A stretch of DNA of 64,000 nt from a virus. The notes below the pieces were generated by a model, which saw nothing but the letters and a program-made list of their open reading frames with translations, was not told the DNA's origin and ran no database searches. Positions 8,820 to 16,180 of this stretch are shown here, one piece after another. The DNA is taken from the IMG/VR virus record IMGVR_UViG_3300033232_000045, positions 1-64,000 of that record. One strand, given 5' to 3'. The position numbers and the translations under genes were made by a program. Position 1 is the first letter of the stretch. Each line of letters opens with the position of its first letter.

Positions 8820-9139
8820 ATCTAACTGTGAAGCAAATTTCCATTCTGCGGGCGGTCGTCAACCGCAACGACGACGGGTCCCTTGTGGACCTGGATCAGC
8901 TCCTCGACCGCATCGACTATGAGACGACCAAGGCCAGCATCCAGTTTTCGATCCGCAGCATGGTGAAGGCGGGCGTGATCATGAAGGTCGCGGAGAGACG
9001 GCGGGGTCGGCAGCATGTCTGCTACGAACCAACCGGCCTCGGCGCCCGCATCCTGGGTCGAGACAAGCCCATGCAGGGAGTGGTTGAGGATGAGGGCTGG
9101 AACGAAATCCTCTCCGCAACGGGACACCTCGCCCTATAA
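8816..9139 (+). CDS. winged-helix (MarR-like) DNA-binding protein, 107 aa
   Basis: ISILRAV...SIQFSIRSMVKAGVIMKV...Y.PT helix-turn-helix plus wing pattern; last gene of the operon. Confidence 0.5.
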   Translation: MNLTVKQISILRAVVNRNDDGSLVDLDQLLDRIDYETTKASIQFSIRSMVKAGVIMKVAERRRGRQHVCYEPTGLGARILGRDKPMQGVVEDEGWNEILSATGHLAL

Positions 9140-9643
9140 GGCAGAAAAGAATTCGCTGTCTATACCGTGATGCTCAATATGCGCAGCCTTGAATGCATCG
9201 AATGCCTCTTCCGCGTCGTCGTAGAGCCCGATGAAGTGGCGCCTGCCCCTCACGTTGATGGTGGCGCAGTAGCGGTCGCCTCGCGGGTAGACGCCCCTGA
9301 AGCCGGTCTTGCTCGTCGTGCCGCGATTGTTGATGTTCGCAACACAGGGAACATCGCGAAGGTTCTCGATTCGGTTGTTGGTCTTGTTCCGGTCGATATG
9401 GTCGATCTGTCGCTTCGGCAATTCACCATCGTTGTGCAACGCCCACACAATGCGGTGGCAGCGATATTGCGTCCCATCGATGCCGACCATGAGATAGCCC
9501 TTCGGGTTTGTCGACCCCGCGATGCCTCCAGCTTTGACGTTGCCGCGATTGATTCGCCAGATCAGGTTCCCCGTCTTGGGGTCGTAGTCGAGCAGTTCGC
9601 GAATGCGCTCCAGGGTTGGATGCGTCTTGTATTGGGCGTGCAT
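9134..9643 (-). CDS. HNH endonuclease with AP2-type DNA-binding domain (free-standing homing endonuclease)
   Basis: CHRIVWALH...IDHIDRNKTNNRIENLR HNH motif; GFRGVYPRGDRYCATINVRGRRHFIGLYDDAEEA AP2-like domain. Confidence 0.8.
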   Translation of the reverse strand: MHAQYKTHPTLERIRELLDYDPKTGNLIWRINRGNVKAGGIAGSTNPKGYLMVGIDGTQYRCHRIVWALHNDGELPKRQIDHIDRNKTNNRIENLRDVPCVANINNRGTTSKTGFRGVYPRGDRYCATINVRGRRHFIGLYDDAEEAFDAFKAAHIEHHGIDSEFFSAL

Positions 9644-9692
9644 GATAAGTCCTTGCTGAGTAACATTGGTCTCATTATAGCGTCCCGCGCTG

Positions 9693-9741
9693 TAGGGTTT
9701 ACTGGCGATAGAGCTAGGGGATTTCTGGACGTTCTTATAAG
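9693..9741 (+). repeat. 49-bp direct repeat copy 1 (core GGTTTACTGGYGATAGAGCTAGGG)
   Basis: TAGGGTTTACTGGCGATAGAGCTAGGGGATTTCTGGACGTTCTTATAAG. Confidence 0.85.
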
Positions 9742-9749
9742 CGCCCCTA

Positions 9750-9798
9750 TAAGGTTTACTGGTGATAGAGCTAGGGGATTTTCGGGCATTCTTGTAAG
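9750..9798 (+). repeat. 49-bp direct repeat copy 2
   Basis: TAAGGTTTACTGGTGATAGAGCTAGGGGATTTTCGGGCATTCTTGTAAG; about 42/49 identical to copy 1. Confidence 0.85.
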
Positions 9799-9860
9799 AT
9801 AGAAGTATAAGTAAGTAGTTAATTAAAGAGTCTATATATATATGAGAAGCACCAAAAATA

Positions 9861-9884
9861 CCCTAGTTCTATCACTAGTAAAAC
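9861..9884 (-). repeat. inverted copy of the 24-bp repeat core
   Basis: Reverse complement GTTTTACTAGTGATAGAACTAGGG matches the core at 21/24; separated from the direct copies by an AT-rich tract (tatatatatatg). Confidence 0.75.
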
Positions 9885-10011
9885 ACCATTGATTTTATTG
9901 AATAATTTTACGAAACAGGATCGCGGAATGAAGATAGAGGCTGCGGAGAGCAACATCCACACCCCAGAGGCGGAGCGGAAGGGTGCGCCCTCGGTCGCCT
10001 CCGGCTCCCGT

Positions 10012-10030
10012 CACGGGAAAATTTCCCGTG
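10012..10030. promoter_or_regulatory. perfect 9+1+9 palindrome CACGGGAAA-A-TTTCCCGTG
   Basis: Read directly; lies 26 nt upstream of the late promoter -35. Confidence 0.5.
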
Positions 10031-10040
10031 CCCCGAAATA

Positions 10041-10058
10041 TAAGTAAGCGGTGACTTG
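10041..10058 (+). promoter_or_regulatory. TAAGTCA-N4-TGAYTTA motif copy overlapping the late promoter -35
   Basis: TAAGTAAGCGGTGACTTG. Confidence 0.5.
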
Positions 10059-10084
10059 ACAATGGAATTCGATATGGCTAAAGT
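10056..10084 (+). promoter_or_regulatory. sigma70-like late promoter TTGACA-N17-TAAAGT
   Basis: Consensus -35, 17-nt spacer, 4/6 -10; about 78 nt upstream of terS. Confidence 0.6.
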
Positions 10085-10119
10085 AGTGACTGTTGTTGCA
10101 AGACAATCTCCTCCCCAAA

Positions 10120-10149
10120 GGGCGCCACTCTCTCGCGCCCCTTTTTTTT
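10120..10149 (+). terminator. intrinsic terminator between the late promoter and terS
   Basis: GGGCGC-cactctctc-GCGCCC followed by C and T8; ends 12 nt before the terS ATG. Confidence 0.75.
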
Positions 10150-10161
10150 GGTCGCTGAATC

Positions 10162-10836
10162 ATGAGTGAACCGAAGAAGACATTTCCGAACCCGCGCAAG
10201 AGCTACCCCAAGACCATCCGATCGAGCAAGCGCATGACGCCGGCGCAATGGGCCGAGGCGGAAGCACTGTGGGAATCGGGTCAGGTCACGCTGGTTGACC
10301 TCGCCAAGAAGTTCGACAAGGCGGAAGAGACGTTCTCGCGCTACTTCAAGAAAAAAGGCATGAAGAAGGGCGCCAAGAAGGAAGAGCACGCCGAAAAGGT
10401 CAAGGAGAGGGTCGCTGACGCGATCGCTGACGACGCGACGGTGCTTGCCTCCCGCATTCGCGAGACGAAGGAGGAGCACTACCAGATGGCCCGCGCCATC
10501 GGCAAGCTCACCTGGCGTGAAGTGCTGAAGGCACAGACTGCCGGCTCGGTCGCCGGCTCGACGGCAGAGTTCAGGTCGCTCAGGGAGGCGATGACCGTTC
10601 TCAAGCTGGCGCGCGAAGAGCGCTGGGCGGTTCTGGGCCTCGACAACCCCGATACCGAGAACGACGCCAACTTGCCCGACCTCGTGATTCAGGAGCTCAC
10701 CGCTGGTCAGATTGAGGCGATGCAGGCAGATCAGGAGCAAGACCTTGCGTTGCAGTCGCTCAACCTCGAAGAGGACCCCATGTTGAATGAGGACGACGAC
10801 GGCGACGAAGACGACGTGGTGATGGAGGGGGAATGA
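10162..10836 (+). CDS. terS: terminase small subunit
   Basis: Position immediately upstream of and overlapping terL; N-terminal HTH-like VTLVDLAKKFDKAEETFSRYFKKKG; acidic C-terminus. Confidence 0.7.
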   Translation: MSEPKKTFPNPRKSYPKTIRSSKRMTPAQWAEAEALWESGQVTLVDLAKKFDKAEETFSRYFKKKGMKKGAKKEEHAEKVKERVADAIADDATVLASRIRETKEEHYQMARAIGKLTWREVLKAQTAGSVAGSTAEFRSLREAMTVLKLAREERWAVLGLDNPDTENDANLPDLVIQELTAGQIEAMQADQEQDLALQSLNLEEDPMLNEDDDGDEDDVVMEGE

Positions 10837-12110
10837 CCGCAATCAAACAGTCGACCCGTGACCTGTACCAAGCAAAGCACCGCATTCAGCTCCATCCGGG
10901 ACAGATGCGGGTGTTCAAGTCAAAGGCGCGCTTCAAGGTTGTCGTCTCTGGTCGCCGATGGGGCAAGACCACGTTGTCGAAGACCGTCATCATCAAGATG
11001 GCCCAGATCAAGAATCGTCGTATATGGTACGTCGCCCCGAGCTATCGGATGGCAAAGGGCATCATGTGGACCGACCTGATCGAGGCGATTCCGCGCAAGT
11101 GGATTCGCAAGATCAACGAAACCACGATGACGATTCGCCTGGTCAACGGGACGGTGATCGAGCTCAAAGGCGCCGACAAGCCCGACAGCTTGCGGGGCGT
11201 CGGTCTGCACTACATCGTGCTCGACGAGATGCAAGACATGGGCGAAGAGCTTTGGACGAAGGTGCTGCGCCCTACGCTCGCTTCTACGGGTGGTCACGCG
11301 CTGTTTCTGGGTACGCCCAAAGCGTACAACTACCTGCACAGCTTGTACCGGCTCGGGAAAGACCCTGAGAACATCAAGTCTGGCATGTGGGAATCCTGGC
11401 AGTACCCGACCATCACCAGCCCGTTCATCCCGAAGTCGGAGATTGAGGCTGCGCGCCGCGATATGGACGAGAAATCGTTCCGTCAGGAGTTCGAGGCATC
11501 ATTCGAGACGATGAGCGGGCGGGTCTACCATCCATTCGATCGCGCAATCCATGTCAACAAGTGCGAGTTCAATCCGAAGCTGCCTATTTGGATTGGGCAG
11601 GACTTCAACATCGACCCGATGTCTTCGATCGTCATGCAGCCGCAGCAAAACGGAGAGGTCTGGGTGGTCGACGAGGTTATTCTGCCTGGCTCAAACACGG
11701 AAGAGACCTGCGCTGAGCTTGAGCGGCGCTACTGGCGTCACATCGAGCAAATCACGATCTACCCCGACCCTGCCGGCGGTCAGCGTCAGCACGCTCGCGG
11801 CGAAACCGACCTCGACATTTTTCGCGAGAAGGGCTTCAAGCGTCTGAAGTATCGCAAAAAGCACCCCGCCGTCGCTGACCGGGTGAACTCGGTCAACCGT
11901 ATGCTGAAAGCGGCCGATGGGACTGTGCGCCTGCGCGTCAACGAGAAGTGCAAGCACACGATTAAGGCGCTGGAGCAAACGATCTACGAGCCTGGAAGTC
12001 GTGACGTGGACAAGCGGGCGGGCGTCGAGCATGCAGCAGACGGCCTGGGCTACTGCATCGAGCTGGAGTTCCCGATGCGCAAAATCAACATCATGGGCAT
12101 TTCACTATAG
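10833..12110 (+). CDS. terL: terminase large subunit
   Basis: Walker A SGRRWGKT, Walker B HYIVLDEMQD, C-terminal nuclease region (DPAGG...). Confidence 0.9.
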   Translation: MTAIKQSTRDLYQAKHRIQLHPGQMRVFKSKARFKVVVSGRRWGKTTLSKTVIIKMAQIKNRRIWYVAPSYRMAKGIMWTDLIEAIPRKWIRKINETTMTIRLVNGTVIELKGADKPDSLRGVGLHYIVLDEMQDMGEELWTKVLRPTLASTGGHALFLGTPKAYNYLHSLYRLGKDPENIKSGMWESWQYPTITSPFIPKSEIEAARRDMDEKSFRQEFEASFETMSGRVYHPFDRAIHVNKCEFNPKLPIWIGQDFNIDPMSSIVMQPQQNGEVWVVDEVILPGSNTEETCAELERRYWRHIEQITIYPDPAGGQRQHARGETDLDIFREKGFKRLKYRKKHPAVADRVNSVNRMLKAADGTVRLRVNEKCKHTIKALEQTIYEPGSRDVDKRAGVEHAADGLGYCIELEFPMRKINIMGISL

Positions 12111-12121
12111 GGCTTGACGAA

Positions 12122-12139
12122 TAAGTCAGTCCTGAGTTA
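12122..12139 (+). promoter_or_regulatory. TAAGTCA-N4-TGAYTTA motif copy
   Basis: TAAGTCAGTCCTGAGTTA between terL and portal; TTGACG lies just upstream (12114). Confidence 0.6.
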
Positions 12140-12167
12140 ATCTCTGGCGATTCTTACAGGAAGCTGC

Positions 12168-13736
12168 ATGGACAACGAACAGCAGAAACAGCTAAAGGCA
12201 TTGGTCGAGCGCCGTCATCCCGAGTATGACGCGCTGATCGGGCATTGGAACTTCCTGCAGGCGACCTACGAGGGTGGCCGTGCCTGGTTCAGCGAGCACA
12301 TTTTCAAGTACCTAAAAGAAGGCGACGGCGAGTTCGGCGACCGTATCACGCGCGCCTACCGCTTCAACCACACCCGCGAGGTAGTGGACCTCCTGAACAA
12401 GTACATTTTCAAAATGGACATCGTGAGCAGCGAAGACGCGCCCGAGTCCATCAGACGGTTCTGGGCGAACTCGACCAAAAACGGCATGCCGATTGATCAG
12501 TTCCGTCGCGAGCTTTCGCGCAAGTCTTCGATTGGCGGGCGTATCTGGGTAGTGGTCGACTCGACCAATGCTGGCGACGTGGTCACGAAGGCGGACGAAA
12601 AGCGCGTGGGTGCTCGCGCGTTCGCCTACGCCGTGATGCCGCAGCACGTCCTGGACTTCAGCTACGACGAGCATGGCGACCTCAACTGGATTTTGATTCA
12701 CGAGGTTGGGCGCGACGACGACGACCCCATCACATCGAGCGGCAAGACGGTCAATCGTTACCGCCTGTGGACGCGCACCGAATGGAAGCTCTTCAAGGAG
12801 GAGAAGCAGGGCCGCAAGACGGTTATCGTCGAGGACGGCGGCGACAGTCACGACCTAGGCGAAGTGCCGGTGGTACGCGTCGATAACCTGATTTCTGATG
12901 AGCCGTGGTCCTCTCCTGCGCTGATCGCCGATATTGCCTACCTGGATCGGGCGGTCGCGAACTACCTGTCGAACCTTGATGCCATCATTCAGGATCAAAC
13001 ATTCAGTCAACTTGCCATGCCGGCGCAGAACGTCATGCCAGGCGAGAGCGCCTACACCGCGCTGGTCGAGGCGGGTACGAAGCGCATTTTCATCTATGAC
13101 GGCGAGGGCAATGGCAAGCCATTCTACTTGTCGCCCGACCCAGCCCAGGCGCGTCTGATTCTCGAAGTGGTCAACAAAATCATTTCGGAGATTTACCACT
13201 CGGTCGGCATGGCCGGCGAGCGCACCAAGGAGGACAACTCAATGGGGATCGACAATAGCTCGGGCGTAGCGAAAGCCTATGACTTCGAGCGGGTCAACTC
13301 CCTACTGGTGTCAAAGGCTGACGCTCTGGAGCTCGCAGAGAACCGCATTTGTCGTCTGGTTGCGCTGTGGGCGGGCGACAAGGTTGAAGAGGGCGACTCA
13401 TGGGTGACGTACCCCGAAACCTTCGACGTGCGCGGGCTATATGACGAGTTCGACATCGCCACCAGGCTCTCATTGGTCGAGGCGCCCGACTCGATGCGCC
13501 GTGAGCAGATGAAGACGATTATCGAGAAATTGTTCCCGCGTCTGAGGGACGAGCTCAAAGACAAGATGCTTGGCGAGCTGGACAAGTGGCCCCCTGAGCA
13601 TGATCCGATGACGCTTGGGGCTCCGCCAGCCGGCAGCAAGCTACCAACCCCAAAAGGCGACAACAAGCAAGGGCAGAACAACAAGCGCGAGCCTGTTGAT
13701 GCTCGCACCAGTAGTTTCGAGTCTCAGAATGACTGA
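12168..13736 (+). CDS. portal protein
   Basis: 522 aa ORF directly after terL, AGGAAG RBS; size and position typical of a portal. Confidence 0.75.
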   Translation: MDNEQQKQLKALVERRHPEYDALIGHWNFLQATYEGGRAWFSEHIFKYLKEGDGEFGDRITRAYRFNHTREVVDLLNKYIFKMDIVSSEDAPESIRRFWANSTKNGMPIDQFRRELSRKSSIGGRIWVVVDSTNAGDVVTKADEKRVGARAFAYAVMPQHVLDFSYDEHGDLNWILIHEVGRDDDDPITSSGKTVNRYRLWTRTEWKLFKEEKQGRKTVIVEDGGDSHDLGEVPVVRVDNLISDEPWSSPALIADIAYLDRAVANYLSNLDAIIQDQTFSQLAMPAQNVMPGESAYTALVEAGTKRIFIYDGEGNGKPFYLSPDPAQARLILEVVNKIISEIYHSVGMAGERTKEDNSMGIDNSSGVAKAYDFERVNSLLVSKADALELAENRICRLVALWAGDKVEEGDSWVTYPETFDVRGLYDEFDIATRLSLVEAPDSMRREQMKTIIEKLFPRLRDELKDKMLGELDKWPPEHDPMTLGAPPAGSKLPTPKGDNKQGQNNKREPVDARTSSFESQND

Positions 13737-13814
13737 GGCTTGGGCAAGCGCCCATCAAGTGACTGACGGGCAATTTTCTAAATCAAGCCGAGAGAATGGC
13801 GACAAGAGGTAATC

Positions 13815-14672
13815 ATGAGTTTATTTTTGCGTAATTTGTTGAATGCACGAAAGTATCGCAACGAAGCTGGCGAAGGCGGCGACAGTGGCGGTGGCGCAGG
13901 TGATGGTCAGGGCGGTGCTGGCGACGGCCAGGGCGGTGCGGGCGGTCAAGGCGCAGGTGCAGGTGATGGTGGTCAAGGCGGCAAACCCGGCCCGACCGAT
14001 GCCGAGGCCAAACTTCTCAAAGAAGTGATGGACAAAAAGAATGCCTTGAAAAAGGCGTCCGAAGAGCTGGACCAAGTGAAGGGCAAGCTCAAGGATTTCG
14101 ACGGTATCGACCCGGCAGAAGTGAAGAAGCTCATTGCTGATCGCAAAGAGGCAGAGACCAGGCAGCTCGAAGCACAGGGCAACTGGGATCGCCTGAAGGA
14201 GCGCATGGCAGAAGAGCACGGCAACGAAACGAAGTCGTTGAAGGAAGCCTTGGTCGCCCGCGACCAGGAAATCCAAGAGCGCGACCGCGCGATCAACGAG
14301 TTGACGATCGGTGCCGCATTTGGCTCGTCCAAGTTCATCTCCGAGGATTTGACCCTGACCCCGAACAAAGCGCGAATGATTTATGGAGACCACTTTGACT
14401 TTGTCGATGGCAAGGTTGTCGGCTTCGACAAGCCCCGCAGTGCAGCGAACCGCACGCAGTATGTCGATGGCAAAGGCGACCCGGTTTCATTTGATGAAGC
14501 CATGAAGAAGATCATCGACGCCGACCCCGATAAAGACGAGCTGACCAAGTCTCGAATGAAGAAGGGCGCAGACTCCAGCACGCAAAAAGGCGAACCCCCG
14601 ACGAAGCCAAGCGCCGGCTTGAAGGGTATGAGCCGAATTGCTGCCGGACTGAAAAATGGCGTTGCAAAGTAA
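13815..14672 (+). CDS. scaffolding protein
   Basis: Between portal and capsid; Gly-rich tandem tract (GDGQGGAG x2...) followed by highly charged helical sequence. Confidence 0.65.
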   Translation: MSLFLRNLLNARKYRNEAGEGGDSGGGAGDGQGGAGDGQGGAGGQGAGAGDGGQGGKPGPTDAEAKLLKEVMDKKNALKKASEELDQVKGKLKDFDGIDPAEVKKLIADRKEAETRQLEAQGNWDRLKERMAEEHGNETKSLKEALVARDQEIQERDRAINELTIGAAFGSSKFISEDLTLTPNKARMIYGDHFDFVDGKVVGFDKPRSAANRTQYVDGKGDPVSFDEAMKKIIDADPDKDELTKSRMKKGADSSTQKGEPPTKPSAGLKGMSRIAAGLKNGVAK

Positions 14673-14682
14673 GTCCAATTTT

Positions 14683-14714
14683 GCTAAGATAACTCAGTAG
14701 TGATTTATCTTAGC
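14683..14714. promoter_or_regulatory. 32-bp near-perfect palindrome (13/14-bp arms, 4-nt spacer) enclosing a motif copy, upstream of the capsid gene
   Basis: GCTAAGATAACTCA-GTAG-TGATTTATCTTAGC; the motif copy TAACTCAGTAGTGATTTA is at 14690-14707. Confidence 0.7.
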
Positions 14715-14739
14715 GCCACTAAATCGAAAGGAAATAGAA

Positions 14740-15642
14740 ATGCCTGTGTTGCGAGTTGAAGCAGAAAAGCTCTCGAATAACGACCTGGAAGCTGGCGTTA
14801 TTGAGGAAATCATCGAAAAAGACGACCTGTTCGCCGTTCTGCCGTTCATGCAGATCAGCGGCAAGGCTTACGTGTACGACCGCGAGAACACCATTGGTGG
14901 CGCCGACTTCCTGGACGTGAACGAAGTCGTGCCGGAAGAGGCATCGACCTTCACCGAGGTCGTGTCCAAGCTGCGCGTGCTGGCTGGCGACGTTGACGTG
15001 GACAAGTTCCTGCAGGCAACCATGTCTGACACGAACGACCAGCGTGCCGTGCAGATCGCTCAAAAGGCGAAAGGCGTTGCCCGCAAGTTCCACCAGACCC
15101 TCGCTACTGGCGACTCCGTTACCAACCCGAAGGCGTTCGACGGCCTGAGCAAGCTGCTGGTTGCTGGTCAGACCATTCTGGCCGGCGCCAACGGCAACGC
15201 CCTGAGCCTGTCGATGCTGGACGAGCTGCTGGACGCTGTCCCGAACGGCGCTGACGCGCTGATCATGCGCCCCGGCACCATTCGCGCCTACCGTGCTCTC
15301 CTGCGCGCTTCCGGTGGTATTCAGCCCGCCGAAATCATGATGGAGAACTTCGGTCGCGTGATGCTGACCCACAACGGCGTGCCCATTCTGCGTAACGACT
15401 TCATTGCGGGCGACGTGGACCAGGGCACCGCTCTGGACACCACCTCGATCTACGCCGTACGTCTGAACGAGCTGGATGGTCTGCACGGCATCTACGGCGG
15501 CTCCAACGCCGGCATCGTGGTCGAGGATATCGGCACCGTTCAGAATAAGGATGCTTCGCGCATCCGTCTGAAGTGGTACACCGGCTTGGCGCTGAAGAGC
15601 ACCAAGTCCCTCGCGGCCATCACGGGCGTCACCAACGTCTAA
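14740..15642 (+). CDS. major capsid protein
   Basis: 300 aa ORF after scaffold, AAAGGAAA RBS, followed by a strong terminator. Confidence 0.75.
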   Translation: MPVLRVEAEKLSNNDLEAGVIEEIIEKDDLFAVLPFMQISGKAYVYDRENTIGGADFLDVNEVVPEEASTFTEVVSKLRVLAGDVDVDKFLQATMSDTNDQRAVQIAQKAKGVARKFHQTLATGDSVTNPKAFDGLSKLLVAGQTILAGANGNALSLSMLDELLDAVPNGADALIMRPGTIRAYRALLRASGGIQPAEIMMENFGRVMLTHNGVPILRNDFIAGDVDQGTALDTTSIYAVRLNELDGLHGIYGGSNAGIVVEDIGTVQNKDASRIRLKWYTGLALKSTKSLAAITGVTNV

Positions 15643-15671
15643 TTGATGATAAGTCACGGGTGACGTACAAT
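15643..15671 (+). promoter_or_regulatory. sigma70-like hexamers TTGATG-N17-TACAAT with a motif copy filling the spacer
   Basis: Motif TAAGTCACGGGTGACGTA at 15650-15667. Confidence 0.45.
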
Positions 15672-15697
15672 GGGCGGACTTAGGTTCGCCCATTTTT
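15670..15697 (+). terminator. intrinsic terminator after the capsid gene
   Basis: 10-bp stem atgggcggac / gttcgcccat (one G-T pair), loop ttag, then TTTTT. Confidence 0.75.
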
Positions 15698-15712
15698 ACT
15701 TGAGGAATAGGC

Positions 15713-16177
15713 ATGAAACTGAAGATTACTGAAAAAGGCTTTGAAAACCTGACAGGCCCGATTGCCGAGGTCATGTTTGCCGATGGCGTGTCCGTCGACG
15801 AGGTATCCGGCGAACAGGCGCAGCGGATTTCCGCCGCCATGCGCTGCGAGACGCTGGAGGGCGTGAATCCGAGCGCTTCCGCCGAAATGCTGCGCTCGCA
15901 CGCCAAGCGCGCCGATGTCGTCGCCGAAATGAAACGCGGAGAAGAGGATCAGACGCCCCATGCGATCGTCGAGGCTGCCAGCCCGATCGCGAAGTCAGAA
16001 GGGTCCGCAGATGCGTGGACGCGTGAGACGCTCGAAGCTGTCGCCGACAAGGGCGGCATCAAGGGTCTGCGCGCTATCGCCGAACCGCTGGGCGTCAAGG
16101 CGACCAGCATCAAGGAGCTGATCACCGAAGTTCTGGACGCGCAGGCGGCGAAGTTCGCCACTGAAAAGAGGGACTAA
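15713..16177 (+). CDS. hypothetical head-associated protein, 154 aa
   Basis: Track ORF with GAGGAA RBS; C-terminal HeH/Rho-N-like segment GIKGLRAIAEPLGVKATSIKELITEV. Confidence 0.55.
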   Translation: MKLKITEKGFENLTGPIAEVMFADGVSVDEVSGEQAQRISAAMRCETLEGVNPSASAEMLRSHAKRADVVAEMKRGEEDQTPHAIVEAASPIAKSEGSADAWTRETLEAVADKGGIKGLRAIAEPLGVKATSIKELITEVLDAQAAKFATEKRD

Positions 16178-16180
16178 CCC

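Noticed and set aside
9167-9802. 211-aa plus-strand ORF and 75-aa minus-strand ORF (9562-9789) covering the HNH gene and the 49-bp repeats
   Set aside because: They are antisense to the clearly motif-bearing HNH-AP2 gene, or they are generated by the direct repeats themselves (repeated peptide FTGDRARGF). They have no RBS.
13860-13995. Tandem 21-nt GGTGATGGTCAGGGCGGTGCT-type repeats
   Set aside because: They encode the in-frame Gly-rich tract (GDGQGGAG repeats) of the scaffolding protein. This is a coding low-complexity region, not a regulatory or mobile repeat.
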